Shown here: positions 24,536 through 35,967 of the stretch, one piece after another | Numbering within the stretch: position 1 is the stretch's first letter | Layout of the letters: each line of letters opens with the position of its first letter | Assembly: GCA_000004985.1 (NCBI GenBank) | Contig: GG738845.1 | Strand: one strand, 5' to 3' | DNA: 64,000 nt | Source: Naegleria gruberi | Taxonomy: Eukaryota | Notes under the pieces: model-generated | Seen by the model: only the letters and a program-made list of their open reading frames with translations | Databases searched by the model: none | What the model was told of the DNA's origin: nothing | Position numbers and translations under genes: made by a program

Positions 24536-26644
24536 TTACATATCAAGAAACCTTTCAAAATCGTCCATAATATCTGATTCTGAAGGAGGAACAAAAGTTG
24601 ATAATGTGGGAGAACCCATCTCAGAAAATAGTGAATCACCATTTAAAATTGGAATCTCATCGAATATTTCTGATATTGTCGTTGGCTCAATCACCAATGT
24701 CTCAAAACCAGAACACTGTATTGTGGAAATACCAAGCTCATCAATAGAGTCGAGTTGTTTTTGAATTTTAAATGGGGAACCATTATAAATGATTCTTTCC
24801 TCCTCAGTGTTTTTGTCTTTGAGGGCAACTACAAACACTAATGGTTTATCATGATTAATATCTCTAAAGGAAATACTATACTCAACATGGAGAGAAACTA
24901 ACGATGCCTGAATATTAAAGTTGCAACAATTCACAACATTTGTATCAATCCACTTTTCTCCATTAAACGAGAGCTCTTGTTTGCTTTCTGCATCCAGTAT
25001 TTTAAAGCATATATCATGGTATTCTGATAATTGTGTTGGAACGTCGACATATAATAGGAAGGTTTCATTGAGGGAAAGTTCTTTTGGAAAAGCAAAGTTT
25101 GGAAATTTGGACAGATCTACATTGAGTGAATCATGAAATACTGTCACAATTATCCACTGTTTTAACAAATCAAAAGCAGATTCTTGATTGCTTTTGGTTA
25201 CATTAGACTTGGACCTCTTTCTTGTGGTGTCACTATCATCTTGTAAATCGGATTCTTGTTCATCGTCATTACCAAATAAAAGACTTTCTTTTTTTCTCTT
25301 CTTTTGAGAATGCAATTCCTCTGAGTGTTGAGCAAGATCTAACATTTCTTCATCATTACATAATGTAGGATCATTGGATTTTCCATTTTCGTTTAAATCT
25401 ATTGACATTTTCAACAACCTCTCCTGTTTACAATTTACATGAATATTGTATGATGAATCTGCCTTTGTTTTGGCTCTTTTTCTGTTGACCATAATTTCAA
25501 AAACTGCAATAGAATTGACATTGTTGTCACTATTTGAAGAGCTTGAGCAATTAGGGGATTGAATTGAATGTTTTAACTTGGTGCTGGTGGTGATATCCTT
25601 TCCTCGAATTTTAATTTCAATGGGAGGAGAAGTTGGAGAATTGGTTGTTTTCTTCTTCTTTTTCTTTCCCTCTGAGCAATCTTCTTCGAGTTGAAATTCT
25701 AAATCTGCCAAGGAATAAAGTTTACTTGGAAGAACTATTAAGAGATAATAGAAACAATCAGTACTAATCAAACACTTGTTTGTATGTACAATTTTTGTAT
25801 GGTGGTGTGAATTTGTAAACTTTGATTCCTCCTGGCCATTTGTTGTATTTGGAGAAAATTGATGTTGTATCAATAATCTATACCAATTTTGTTCAAATGT
25901 TGAACTTTTTCTTTTTGTGTTTCCCTTTTTTATAAAAATATGAGTGGAACAGCCATTATCAAAGAATTGAGGAGAGTTGACAAGTTGGTCAAAAGTTGGA
26001 CTCATTGAAGTTGTACTACAACTCAACTTTTTATCTGTATTTATAGAATTAGTTGTATTAGAAGAAATAGAATCTTGAACACTATTATTCAATAGAAAGT
26101 TAGAAAATATTTGATTCAATTGACTCATTGTAGAATTGTTCATAGTGTTATTCATTAACATGGTTAACATTTGAGTAGAATCTAAATTATCATTCACTTG
26201 ACTTAAATTTGTAGTACTGGTGGAATTGATGATAGGTTGTTGAGTATTATTTAGCAATGGATCATTTGACATCATCATTCTCATCATTTGCATGACAAGA
26301 TTTGAATCCATCACAACTCCATTATCACAAGTGTTCATTGTTGCTGATCTTTCACCAATACAATTATTCGAATTGATAGTGGTATTATTATTATTAGGCA
26401 ATGTTGTATTGATATTGTTGTTCATCATCATCGTTGTATTTTGTTGGGATGATGTCATTGGAGTGAAAGAGAAAGATTGGAGGGAGTTATTTGTAGGTAT
26501 CGGACTGTTGATGGAATTTGTATTGTGGTTGGAATGCATTTGTTTACTTGAGGAAGCTGCTTTCACTGCCTCTAATAGCATACTAGTTAGAGTTTGTTGA
26601 TGTTGTTGTTGCTGACAATTATTTTGATTCATAATAGAACACAA
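24536..26644 (-). CDS. Asn/Gln/Thr/Met-rich low-complexity protein (702 aa) with a structured ~230-aa C-terminal domain of unknown family
   Basis: Long ORF with prion-like N/Q/T tracts in the N-terminal half (e.g. 'MMMNNNINTTLPNNNNTTINSNN'). The C-terminal region (QWIIVTVFHDSL...SIDELGISTIQCSG) is non-repetitive and looks globular. It is possibly a transcription regulator, but there is no motif proof. Confidence 0.45.
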   Translation of the reverse strand: MCSIMNQNNCQQQQHQQTLTSMLLEAVKAASSSKQMHSNHNTNSINSPIPTNNSLQSFSFTPMTSSQQNTTMMMNNNINTTLPNNNNTTINSNNCIGERSATMNTCDNGVVMDSNLVMQMMRMMMSNDPLLNNTQQPIINSTSTTNLSQVNDNLDSTQMLTMLMNNTMNNSTMSQLNQIFSNFLLNNSVQDSISSNTTNSINTDKKLSCSTTSMSPTFDQLVNSPQFFDNGCSTHIFIKKGNTKRKSSTFEQNWYRLLIQHQFSPNTTNGQEESKFTNSHHHTKIVHTNKCLISTDCFYYLLIVLPSKLYSLADLEFQLEEDCSEGKKKKKKTTNSPTSPPIEIKIRGKDITTSTKLKHSIQSPNCSSSSNSDNNVNSIAVFEIMVNRKRAKTKADSSYNIHVNCKQERLLKMSIDLNENGKSNDPTLCNDEEMLDLAQHSEELHSQKKRKKESLLFGNDDEQESDLQDDSDTTRKRSKSNVTKSNQESAFDLLKQWIIVTVFHDSLNVDLSKFPNFAFPKELSLNETFLLYVDVPTQLSEYHDICFKILDAESKQELSFNGEKWIDTNVVNCCNFNIQASLVSLHVEYSISFRDINHDKPLVFVVALKDKNTEEERIIYNGSPFKIQKQLDSIDELGISTIQCSGFETLVIEPTTISEIFDEIPILNGDSLFSEMGSPTLSTFVPPSESDIMDDFERFLDM

Positions 26645-27125
26645 AGAAGAATAAAGTTGTAAAATTGTTTTTTTTGTGTTTAATTTACTGTAGGTGGATC
26701 ATTTTGACTTGTGGCAGGTAATTCCAACATACAACAAATCTTAGAATCACATTTTGTATGTTGGTATGAACTGATAAGAATAAAAATTATTATGGAAACA
26801 AGAAAGCAAATTCAATCGGGTTGACTTAAATGATACTACCAAAGACCGATTAAGAATTGATTCAAACCTCAATAAACATCAAACAACAAGTCTAAATCGA
26901 ACAATTAATTGTGTGAGAGCAAACTGTTTGACAAGTAGAACAGCCAATCACTTTTCACAAAACCGATGAGCGTTGCGTGTGTGAAGAAGACTATCAACCA
27001 TCCGTAAAAAAACTCACAGTCTTAGCACCGCGCATAAAGTAATATCAAAAGCATCTGGTGCCCAAGAGACTTTGTCTTGCTTTTTAAACTATATATTAAT
27101 TTATTTATTTATTTTAATTGGATAA

Positions 27126-30100
27126 TTGTACAAAATGTTATTAGGTTGGATAGATGAATTGGGACTTATTCAATCAGACCCAACAAAGAATATCCTCAAA
27201 ACATTTCCTTTGGATGTTAAACGAGTAGTTATTTCATCTATTGTTGATTATTTTAATAATCAAAATAATACTGCAAAGAATGGACTTAGTACCACTGCCC
27301 ATGTTGAATGGGTTATGGAAGTTGTGGGACATGCTTTCCAATTACCAATTGCCGATCATCAAACTATAGATAGAGCTATCAATGTTTATAACAAGTGGCT
27401 TTTCGAAGAAAATCAAAGACCAATTCCTCTCCAAGAAAATTTGCAATACTTTGTCCAACAAATATTTAATCACTTCTCTTTACTTTTTGAAGAGAGAGGA
27501 CCGGAATCTGGAGCTACAGGAGGTCAAGAAGAAAGAAAACACCACATTCATCTTTGCAATAGAGTTTTAGACATTTTCCTTCAAATGGGTCTTAAGGGTG
27601 ACATGTTAGAGGAAGTAACTTGGAATCACATTTTAAAGATTATTCTTGGTATTACAGATTCTACATTGAGAGGTAAGAGGGGATTGCCTGAATTATCCTA
27701 CGGTCTGTTGAAGGTTCTTTTTGAGTTATGGTTGTGTTCTTTGTCAGATGACAAGGTCATGTGGCGTCACTTACAAGAACATGGTATTTTATGGTCTAAA
27801 AACAATGCCACTATTAATCAGTGGAATAGTGTTTGTATTGGGTTGACTAGTCGTGTAATTAACTTGTTATATGGTCCAAGTGAAGGTACAAGTGTTGTCA
27901 GAATTCAATGGGAAGGTCTTAATGCAAAGAATAATCCTAATCCTAATGTTGGAAATTCTACAACAGAGCTAGATTTACCTGATGAATATGTTTATTATGC
28001 TTGGAATCAGTTCCTGCACATTATTGGTAATCCTAATAAGCTTGTGGATCCAGAAATCCATCTCAAGGCATTCCAAGGCATTGAAGTTATTACACACAGT
28101 TTAGCCTATGTTGGTACTGATCCACCAATCAAGCAGTTGAAAGAACAGAAAGTTGATTTCCGTATTCCATATGCACCTGATGCCAATTCTATTCTTGACA
28201 TTTTCGGCCCATGGTATTTTGAAGCTGTATTTAGAGAAAATGCTAGTAATTTTAATCAAGGACGTGCTGTAGCCTATAGTGCTCTGTGTAAAATATTTTG
28301 TAGAAAGGGTGGTAGTCCAATTCATACCAGATATCTTTCACTTTTCTACAAGGCTCTATGTCAAGGTTTAGAAGATGAAGATCCAATCGTTGTCATTGCC
28401 ATCTTATTGGGAAGTAAGAAGATTTTCTGTTACGAGGAATTGGTTGGTTCTCACATTCTTATAAGATACTACACCAAAGTTTGTGATAAGATTTTGGGTG
28501 GAACTGGTAATTCTGTAAAAGATAGCAGTCAAAACTCCAAGTATAATATTGAAGTTAGACAGGCTTGTATAACAATAATTGGAAGCTTGATCTGTTTCCC
28601 AAATCACTTCTCTTCTCCAAATATTCAAAAAACAACCTCCGATCAAGAAATTATCAATCAATCTACTGTTTATCAAGAGCTTAAATTCCAAATTCAAACA
28701 ATTTTACAAAAAGCACTCAAATCAGAAAGAAATCCAAAGAATCTCCAATACGTAATTTGGGCAATTGTTGTTTTAATATATGAAGAGATTGACCACAATG
28801 CAGAAATTGCAATTGTCTTTATAAGAAATATGTTAGATATTGTGAAAACCTATGCTCCAAAACCATTGAAAGAATATCCACCAGAAGTATTTATCGCAAT
28901 TTATGAAGCTTTGAGCTCCTTGACAAATTTATATCCAAAACTTGCTGAAGCCGAACCTATGATTTCACGTGAAATTGTTTTCCAACTCAGTACAATAATT
29001 CCAATGCAAGTTGCCCTCCTCAAACAAAATCAAACGAGTGCTAAACTTATTGAAGAAACATTCTACAGCATGGCTGATTGGGTTATGTGTGGACCTTCTG
29101 TAATTATTTCTAATAAGGAAAGTATTACCAAGGTAATATTTGCCATCGATCAAGGTTTAAATATTGTTAAACATGTTGGTGTACCAGGTGGTGTTAGTGC
29201 AGGTGTTGAAAGTCCAACAGCAACAGTCAATCCAAGAGCTTCTACCACTGGTCAAGCCATTACAAGCAGTAGTACAAGCTTTTCTAAAGATGATATTGAA
29301 AATATCAAAATTTCTGCTGAGTTTGTTGTATCCCACTTGATGAATCATGTCTCCCATTTCCCAATAACCAATAATAATGCTGCTCTTACAGCCACACTCT
29401 CAGAAGAATCACAATGTCTTGACGATTTAGAACCTGAAAATTCTAATTATGTCAGATTCTACATTTATGACAACCAATTTATTATCAGTTTAATTGAACA
29501 ACCTAACGAAAAGGGTGGCCCAGGTGTGACCATGATTATGAGAGATTTAACTGGTAAATATTCTTGGGATTCTCGTGTATTGTACGGCGAAGTTCCTAAG
29601 CCATACAGTGAATTAGAAGAACGTGGATGTTACACTGGTAGTAATATTGAAAATTTGTTAGGCAAAACTCAAGAAGCTGAAACAAACTCAACTTTAATGC
29701 AATACAGTATTGAAAGACCTCTTAAGGATAGAGATACTGTTTCATTATTCTCTGATCTTATAGAAGAAGAAGAGGATAATGAAAATTTATTCCTGCAAAC
29801 AATTGATAACGAATATACAGTACTTGATGTTTCCTGTAGAGAACCAAACTTGAGATACAAATATGGTGGAGATTGTAAAGCAAGCATGTCTAGATTATTA
29901 CTTTCAACAATGGGGTTGGTACATATTGCACTCACAAGTAGATTTGTTCCTCTTCAAAGCAATAGCAAGTTACTTAGAAGTTTGCGTAACTTGGATGGTA
30001 CTCAACCTCGTGAAACTCACAAAGTTGGTGTTGTTTATGTTAAGGAAGGACAAGATGATCAACAGGATCTTTTCTTGAATGCCGAAGGAAGTGAACAATA

Positions 30101-30740
30101 TACAAGCTTTGTTAAATCTCTTGGTTGGAATGTACCTCTCCAAGAACATTTAGGCTTTATGGGAGGTTTAGATAAGAATGGTTCAACTGGTACCAATGCT
30201 CCTTATTATGCCGATTATAGAACTGAACTAATGTTCCACGTTCCAACAATGATGCCTAATAATTCTAAAGATCCTCAACAAATTCACAAAAAGAGACATG
30301 TTGGCAATGATCATGTTAACATTATATGGTCTGAACATACTCGTGATTATTACAGAAATACTATTATTTCACAATTTAACTTTGTTCACATTGTGTTATA
30401 TCCTTTGAATAGAAATCACAAGGGCTTGTTGAGAGTTGATGTCATGGTCAAAGAAAGAACATATCCTGTATTTGGACCTGTTCTTGATGGTATGATTTTA
30501 AGTGAAAAAGTAGCTGGAGCTCTAATCAGAATGACTGCATTGAATGGTTCTAGAATCAGTAGATCCAAGTCAACTGGTATCATGCGACCATATTTGCAAC
30601 GTAAAAGTCTTATTGCTGAATTGGCTCAACGTTACAAGGCAACAGTTGAAACTGATAAATATTATTGCTCTTTGTTTGTCAGTAAAGAAACAAGCAACGT
30701 AATACTTGACCCACCTTCACAAAAGAAGAATATTAAATAA
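27126..30740 (+). CDS. Rap/Ran-GAP domain protein of the tuberin (TSC2)/RalGAP-alpha family, about 1200 aa
   Basis: The C-terminal region aligns closely with the tuberin Rap-GAP domain: 'HKVGVVYVKEGQ...', 'KKRHVGNDHVNIIWSEH', 'QFNFVHIVLYPL' versus human 'HKIAVLYVGEGQ', 'KKRHLGNDFVSIVYNDS', 'QFNFVHVIVTPL'. The true ATG is probably 27135 (MLLGWIDELGL); the ORF-track start is a TTG. Additional upstream exons cannot be excluded. Confidence 0.75.
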   Translation: MYKMLLGWIDELGLIQSDPTKNILKTFPLDVKRVVISSIVDYFNNQNNTAKNGLSTTAHVEWVMEVVGHAFQLPIADHQTIDRAINVYNKWLFEENQRPIPLQENLQYFVQQIFNHFSLLFEERGPESGATGGQEERKHHIHLCNRVLDIFLQMGLKGDMLEEVTWNHILKIILGITDSTLRGKRGLPELSYGLLKVLFELWLCSLSDDKVMWRHLQEHGILWSKNNATINQWNSVCIGLTSRVINLLYGPSEGTSVVRIQWEGLNAKNNPNPNVGNSTTELDLPDEYVYYAWNQFLHIIGNPNKLVDPEIHLKAFQGIEVITHSLAYVGTDPPIKQLKEQKVDFRIPYAPDANSILDIFGPWYFEAVFRENASNFNQGRAVAYSALCKIFCRKGGSPIHTRYLSLFYKALCQGLEDEDPIVVIAILLGSKKIFCYEELVGSHILIRYYTKVCDKILGGTGNSVKDSSQNSKYNIEVRQACITIIGSLICFPNHFSSPNIQKTTSDQEIINQSTVYQELKFQIQTILQKALKSERNPKNLQYVIWAIVVLIYEEIDHNAEIAIVFIRNMLDIVKTYAPKPLKEYPPEVFIAIYEALSSLTNLYPKLAEAEPMISREIVFQLSTIIPMQVALLKQNQTSAKLIEETFYSMADWVMCGPSVIISNKESITKVIFAIDQGLNIVKHVGVPGGVSAGVESPTATVNPRASTTGQAITSSSTSFSKDDIENIKISAEFVVSHLMNHVSHFPITNNNAALTATLSEESQCLDDLEPENSNYVRFYIYDNQFIISLIEQPNEKGGPGVTMIMRDLTGKYSWDSRVLYGEVPKPYSELEERGCYTGSNIENLLGKTQEAETNSTLMQYSIERPLKDRDTVSLFSDLIEEEEDNENLFLQTIDNEYTVLDVSCREPNLRYKYGGDCKASMSRLLLSTMGLVHIALTSRFVPLQSNSKLLRSLRNLDGTQPRETHKVGVVYVKEGQDDQQDLFLNAEGSEQYTSFVKSLGWNVPLQEHLGFMGGLDKNGSTGTNAPYYADYRTELMFHVPTMMPNNSKDPQQIHKKRHVGNDHVNIIWSEHTRDYYRNTIISQFNFVHIVLYPLNRNHKGLLRVDVMVKERTYPVFGPVLDGMILSEKVAGALIRMTALNGSRISRSKSTGIMRPYLQRKSLIAELAQRYKATVETDKYYCSLFVSKETSNVILDPPSQKKNIK

Positions 30741-30878
30741 ATTAAATATTAGTAAAAATTTGTTGCATTTAAAAATAAATTAATATATTTAAACTTGATG
30801 GTTTTTTTTGATTTAATTTTGGCGGGGAGTTATTTGTTATTGTAAACAACCAATACGCACCAAAAAAAATATCGCAAC

Positions 30879-31319
30879 ATGAGTTCATATATTCGTGAGC
30901 AAAAGAAGGTTTTGAGACAAACCATCAAACAATCTATCACCGAACATTGCGAAAAAGTACACAATGGACAATACACTGGTGAAGATTTGGCCAAGGAATT
31001 GAGAGAATATCGTTCCACTGAAAAGCCAAGTAACTTTATGGTTTGGAAGAGACTCCACAAGGGTACCGGTGTTTATGCCAGTTGGAAGGATGATAATATT
31101 TTCAAGTGGACTTTCAAGGAATTGACAAGAGCCAGAACCTTCCCATGGTTGGTTGCTGCTGCTTCTTGGTGGGGATTTGTTTATCTTTTGCCAAAGCCAA
31201 CAGAAGAAGACATGAAGAAATCACCAAACTACTATCCACACGGTCACCCACCAGGATCTAACATGACTCCTCACTACCAACATCTCGTTCATGAAATCGA
31301 GGCTCCACCAAAATTCTAA
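30879..31319 (+). CDS. hypothetical small single-pass membrane protein (146 aa); possibly a mitochondrial respiratory-complex accessory subunit (speculative)
   Basis: ORF with one hydrophobic helix (WLVAAASWWGFVYLL) and flanking charged regions. No family recognised. Confidence 0.35.
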   Translation: MSSYIREQKKVLRQTIKQSITEHCEKVHNGQYTGEDLAKELREYRSTEKPSNFMVWKRLHKGTGVYASWKDDNIFKWTFKELTRARTFPWLVAAASWWGFVYLLPKPTEEDMKKSPNYYPHGHPPGSNMTPHYQHLVHEIEAPPKF

Positions 31320-31538
31320 ATTATTTTTAACTTAATCATGGGTGTTTAATACAAAAACAATGTAACTATAATAGTTCTTTTGATCCGATTTTGTTGTTCA
31401 ATAAGAAAAACGACAAGATGATGAAATAAATTATCTATGTTATTTGAATAGCCAACAAGAAGTTAATATCAGATTATTATTAAAAAATTAATAAAACTTT
31501 GTAAAATTTAACTTTATTTTTTATTTTGAATTAAAAAA

Positions 31539-32360
31539 ATGCTCTTCAATTCATTTTTGCGTAGCGTCTCAAAGTCGGCATGTTTAAACAAATCGTCATC
31601 AATATATTTTAATAACATTGCCCGTTCATTCCATTCTTCCATAACACAATGTATTGAAACAAACTTTATTAGTGAAAAACCAACATTGATGAAAGAAGAT
31701 TTTAAATTATCAGACCTCGATAAAAAACCAAATGTTACTTCAAGAGAAAGAAGGAGAAGAAGAATTATTTCTATTGAAAAGAACAAGAGAGAACAAACCG
31801 GAGCTACCAGTCTCACTGATGAAATTTATAACAAGAGACCAATCATAGAATTTCCAAATCGTTACTTTGCTCTCTACATTCCTTCTGTAGTTAACAAGAC
31901 ATCAAAAGTTGTTTTCCATGTTCCTATGGATTATACAAAGCCCGAAATTAAGGAATATTTAGAAACATATTACGGTCTTAAAATTAAAGATGTAACTACA
32001 ATGATCACTCAAGGAAGACTTAAACGTAGTAGAAAAGTTAGAGGTGTCATGGAAAAGGAGCCAGATTTCAAGAAGGCTACTGTAACTTTATATGAACCAG
32101 TAGATTTGGGATTCAGTGATGAATTGAAGATTGAATTGGCAAGAAACTATGATAAGCGTTTGAATGCCAAACTCAAACAAGCCAGAGAAGCTGCCGAAAA
32201 GATGAAGTCTGAATCTGGAGTCAATAACGAAAATGAGGCCTCTGAAGAAGAGCAAATGAAACAAATGGAAGAAGCTCACAAACAAATGGAAGAAGCCAAA
32301 GCCAGAGCAAGACAAAATAAGGATCAAGCCGCTGAAGCTGTTGAAGTGAAGGATAAATAA
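31539..32360 (+). CDS. mitochondrial ribosomal protein of the uL23 (L23/L25) family with a K/E-rich C-terminal extension
   Basis: The core 'RYFALYIPSVVNKTSKVVFHVPMDYTKPEIKEYLETYYGLKIKDVTTMITQG' fits the Ribosomal_L23 domain. A targeting-peptide-like N-terminus is present. Confidence 0.55.
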   Translation: MLFNSFLRSVSKSACLNKSSSIYFNNIARSFHSSITQCIETNFISEKPTLMKEDFKLSDLDKKPNVTSRERRRRRIISIEKNKREQTGATSLTDEIYNKRPIIEFPNRYFALYIPSVVNKTSKVVFHVPMDYTKPEIKEYLETYYGLKIKDVTTMITQGRLKRSRKVRGVMEKEPDFKKATVTLYEPVDLGFSDELKIELARNYDKRLNAKLKQAREAAEKMKSESGVNNENEASEEEQMKQMEEAHKQMEEAKARARQNKDQAAEAVEVKDK

Positions 32361-32458
32361 AGGATATAGGCATTGTTACAATTTTGAAATAATTCACAAT
32401 AAATTCAGTTTAAGTATGTTAATTAGAAATATTTTGTAAGAAATGCAGAATAAATTAT

Positions 32459-32931
32459 TTAATTTGATTGATTTTCTTCGAATAATCCAATCATGTGACC
32501 ATCTGGAGATCTTAGTGCAGCAACTTTTCCATGGGATGGATATTTAATTGGTCCATCTAGAATAGCACCCATCTCTAATAATTTATAAATTGTCTTATCC
32601 ATTTCATTTACATCAAAACACAAGAATGGTGAATAGCCGGTTGTACTGGATGCTTCTCTTTTTCAAAGTTAAATCAATAATATGGACTATTGTGTACAAA
32701 CCCTTCAACTTTATTCAAACATACTTTCATATGTCCAGATTGTAATTCTGCCCAATGCTCTGTTGAATGATTTACTGTCATGCCTAATCCCTCCGAATAA
32801 AATTTTACAGATTTCGGAACATCTTTTATCAGAAGCATAACATTTTTGAGGGAAGCGATTTTTTTAGACATTTTTTTAGTATTTGATTGGTTTGTTGTAT
32901 CTGTTTGTTTAAAGATGAATCTAATTTTCAT
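32459..32931 (-). CDS. glyoxalase/VOC-family small protein, 2 exons
   Basis: Exon 1 runs 32702 to about 32871 (likely start MSKKIASLKNV). The 44-nt intron 32658-32701 is GTTTGT...AAAAAG, phase 2. Exon 2 is 32459-32657. Splicing joins '...HMKVCLNKVEG' to 'EASSTTGYSPFLCFDVNEMDK...SPDGHMIGLFEE', a typical VOC beta-alpha-beta module. The ORF track shows only the first exon. Confidence 0.5.
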
Positions 32932-33000
32932 CTTTAAGATTAAAGCTTCAATTTGATGGAAAAACCAACAAAAAATTAAAATAAATTAATATCAAAAAAA

Positions 33001-35913
33001 ATGAATAACCGTGGTGGTTCCCCATCACACCAATACAAAGAAAATAATTCGTCTGCCAAGAATTTCAATCAACAGCGAACAATGTATTCTGATAACAATG
33101 ATAACCATGATAGCAGATATTCTTCTAGTAGGAGGGATGATTCTAGAAGATTCCATGACGATCATCACAGTAGTTATCCAAACGAAAAAAGAAATAATGG
33201 ATATCCACCATCAAGTAGTAATTATAGAGGTGGAAGAGGAGGATCTAATAGTCGTTATAGTAGTAATAGCAATCGAGGTTATAATAGGGGGAAGTACAAC
33301 AATTTTGGCTCACCACAAAGATCATCCAATTATCAACACAATCAATATGATGAATTTTATCAATCATCAAACTATTCCGAACCAATGTACAATTATCCAG
33401 TGGATAGCTCTGCATATTATTCTTATCCATCAGCTTCCTCTCATTCTTATAATTCGAGTTTGTACAAACCTAACGAAACAACGCCAAAAAATGTTGACAC
33501 CAGATCTCCGAGAAAGAATGATTCAACTCATCCAGAAGATTATGTGAACACATATCATTACCTTCACTATCCTCCTTACTATCCTCCAAACTACTATCCT
33601 CCTTATTATCCTCCAAACTATCCTGTTAATAATGCACCTCCACCTCCTCCTTCATCTTATGATTCAAGAAAATCTGAAAATAGAAGAGATTGGAATGAAC
33701 AAAATCAAACTAAAAGTGACAATATGCCAACTCAAGATACAAAAGTAGAACCCAATACGAAAACTGATTTACCAAATGAAACAAAAGAAGTTGAAAAGAT
33801 AATAGAATCTAATGAAACACCCAGGGATCCAAGAATATTCCCATATTCTAAAGTTGAGACTCTAGAAAAAAATGAAATATTTTCCCAAAGCACTCTATCC
33901 ATCAAACGATCAGAATATTTTTCTCAAATCAAGAAAGTTTCCACTCTTTTAATTCCTTCACTATCCATTGACGCTAAACTCATATCTAGTGAAAGCGATT
34001 ATATTAAGAGCTTGAAAACTAAAAAACAGCCAAAAATTATAGTAACAGAAATACCAAAGGAGTATGTTTCGATTTCTCTAGAGGATGCAATTAAAACAAC
34101 AGGATCAGTTGTACAATTTGAAGCATATTTCAAAAAGGATTCTAACAAGATTGAATCTGCTTGTGTGGTCTTCTCAGATTTTGAAACATGCAAGAGATCT
34201 GTTAATGAACTAATAAGTGACTCTGATATTAAATTCAAGATTCAAAATGACTTTTATGGACTAATTCAAGAAAAATTTACTTCTAATCCTGAGTTTGAAA
34301 GTCTTAAACAAAGAGAAATGGATAAGAAAAAAAAGGAAACGAGAAAAGAGGTGAAAGAAGAGGAAAGCCAATATCAAGACTATAACAACGTGCAACAACC
34401 TTATGAATATTATCAATATCCACCTTATCACCAATACTATCAATACTACCAAATGTATACACAGCCTTTCTTCCAAATTCGAATTAAAACCAAGTACGGG
34501 GAAAAGAAGGAACAAAAACTTTATGGAGTATTTAAAGATTATTACTGCACACATTTTTACTATAGTAATGGGGAATTTCATGTGGAATTTGGTGCTGCTG
34601 AAGATATGGAAAGAGCATTTAAAAAGCTTCACAATCACGTCGTTTTAGGACATGTTATGGAGCTTGAGCGAAATTGCGAATCTTATACAACAGAGAAACC
34701 CTCACTGGTAGAACAAGCAAGTGATCGTATTAAGCTAAAACTAAGAGATCAATTAATGACAAAATTTCAAAGTATCTATGTGAAACAAGTGAAACAAATG
34801 TTAGAATATCAAAAACAACAACAGAAAACAAATGATTCCAATAAGAATATAATATTAGAAAAGGTAAAGCGAGATTTAGAGGAAAAAGAAAGGTTCGAAG
34901 AAAAGTTCATAAACTCAAACGAAGAAGATGAGGAAGAAAAGAGTGGAAAATTTAACGATGAAGATGAGGAATATAATTCAAATGATGAAATGAGTGATAC
35001 TCATGTAGAAAGTGAGCACCTTATGAGTGACTATGAAGAGCTCGAACCAACACCAAATAGTACTGAACTGCCTTCACAAGCTCACACTTCCATTGAAAGC
35101 GAGGAGGAGGAATACAAATTTGAAGACGAGGAAGATGCAACAAAAATTACCAAAAAAAGGAAGCATCAAGAAATTGAAATTCAAGAAAAAAGGAGGACGC
35201 CAATAACCAATGACACTACCAAAATTTTAACAAAGGAAGAACTTGAACTAGAAGACAAACTGTCTCAAATAACTGATGGCTGCTCAAAACTGAAAGGTCT
35301 TACATTAGAAAAAGTCAGACAAATGAAAGAGGTTAAAAAACCAGTCTCTAAGGAGGTGGTAAAATCCATGATGTACGATACTTTGAGAAAGGTAGAACTT
35401 GAGGGCACCAAAAAGATAACAAACGAAAGCAGAAAACATAGAGCAGAATCAAGAAGAAACCTTAAAAGTAATCAACTTGACACTAGAAAGAAAAATCTCA
35501 AATTTGCTAAATCTCCAATACACGATTGGGGTTTATTCGCGTTGGAAGATATTGAACAAGGCGAAATGGTGATTGAGTATGTGGGGGAGGTAATAAGAGA
35601 AGCCCTTTCAGATATTAGAGAAAAAAGATATGAACAAATAGGCATTGGTTCAAGTTATTTATTCAGGTTAGATAATGATCTTATTATTGATGCTACAAAG
35701 AGAGGAAATTTAGCAAGATTTATTAACCATTCTTGTGATCCGAATTGTTGTGCCAGAATTATTGAGGTTGACAAACAGAAGAAAGTATGCATTTATGCTC
35801 TGAGAAAGATTCTTGTAGGCGAAGAGATTACTTATGATTATAAGTTTCCAATTGAAGAATCTAAAATTCCATGCAAGTGTGGCTCTCAGAAATGCAAAAA
35901 ATGGCTTAATTAA
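33001..35913 (+). CDS. set1: SET1/MLL-type histone H3K4 methyltransferase (SET + post-SET domains), 970 aa
   Basis: The C-terminal SET domain ('[25 protein letters not shown]', '[16 protein letters not shown]', '[10 protein letters not shown]') and post-SET '[13 protein letters not shown]' are present. The N-terminus is low-complexity S/N/Y/P-rich. Confidence 0.8.
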   Translation: MNNRGGSPSHQYKENNSSAKNFNQQRTMYSDNNDNHDSRYSSSRRDDSRRFHDDHHSSYPNEKRNNGYPPSSSNYRGGRGGSNSRYSSNSNRGYNRGKYNNFGSPQRSSNYQHNQYDEFYQSSNYSEPMYNYPVDSSAYYSYPSASSHSYNSSLYKPNETTPKNVDTRSPRKNDSTHPEDYVNTYHYLHYPPYYPPNYYPPYYPPNYPVNNAPPPPPSSYDSRKSENRRDWNEQNQTKSDNMPTQDTKVEPNTKTDLPNETKEVEKIIESNETPRDPRIFPYSKVETLEKNEIFSQSTLSIKRSEYFSQIKKVSTLLIPSLSIDAKLISSESDYIKSLKTKKQPKIIVTEIPKEYVSISLEDAIKTTGSVVQFEAYFKKDSNKIESACVVFSDFETCKRSVNELISDSDIKFKIQNDFYGLIQEKFTSNPEFESLKQREMDKKKKETRKEVKEEESQYQDYNNVQQPYEYYQYPPYHQYYQYYQMYTQPFFQIRIKTKYGEKKEQKLYGVFKDYYCTHFYYSNGEFHVEFGAAEDMERAFKKLHNHVVLGHVMELERNCESYTTEKPSLVEQASDRIKLKLRDQLMTKFQSIYVKQVKQMLEYQKQQQKTNDSNKNIILEKVKRDLEEKERFEEKFINSNEEDEEEKSGKFNDEDEEYNSNDEMSDTHVESEHLMSDYEELEPTPNSTELPSQAHTSIESEEEEYKFEDEEDATKITKKRKHQEIEIQEKRRTPITNDTTKILTKEELELEDKLSQITDGCSKLKGLTLEKVRQMKEVKKPVSKEVVKSMMYDTLRKVELEGTKKITNESRKHRAESRRNLKSNQLDTRKKNLKFAKSPIHDWGLFALEDIEQGEMVIEYVGEVIREALSDIREKRYEQIGIGSSYLFRLDNDLIIDATKRGNLARFINHSCDPNCCARIIEVDKQKKVCIYALRKILVGEEITYDYKFPIEESKIPCKCGSQKCKKWLN

Positions 35914-35967
35914 ATTGATTTTTTTACAATGAATTTTATTATAGTTAGTTTTTACAAAATGTTACAA

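Noticed and set aside
26650-27125. Relatively GC-richer 470-nt region between the N/Q-rich gene and the Rap-GAP gene, as a possible small RNA gene or extra exon
   Set aside because: There is no open frame and no tRNA-like cloverleaf or conserved box A/B that I could recognise. It is most simply a divergent promoter/5'UTR region. I could not do a covariance-model search.
33011-33547. Alternative-frame ORF 33011-33547 (178 aa) inside SET1
   Set aside because: It is an Ile/Val-rich shadow frame of the Ser/Asn/Tyr-rich SET1 N-terminus. The main frame continues into a bona fide SET domain.
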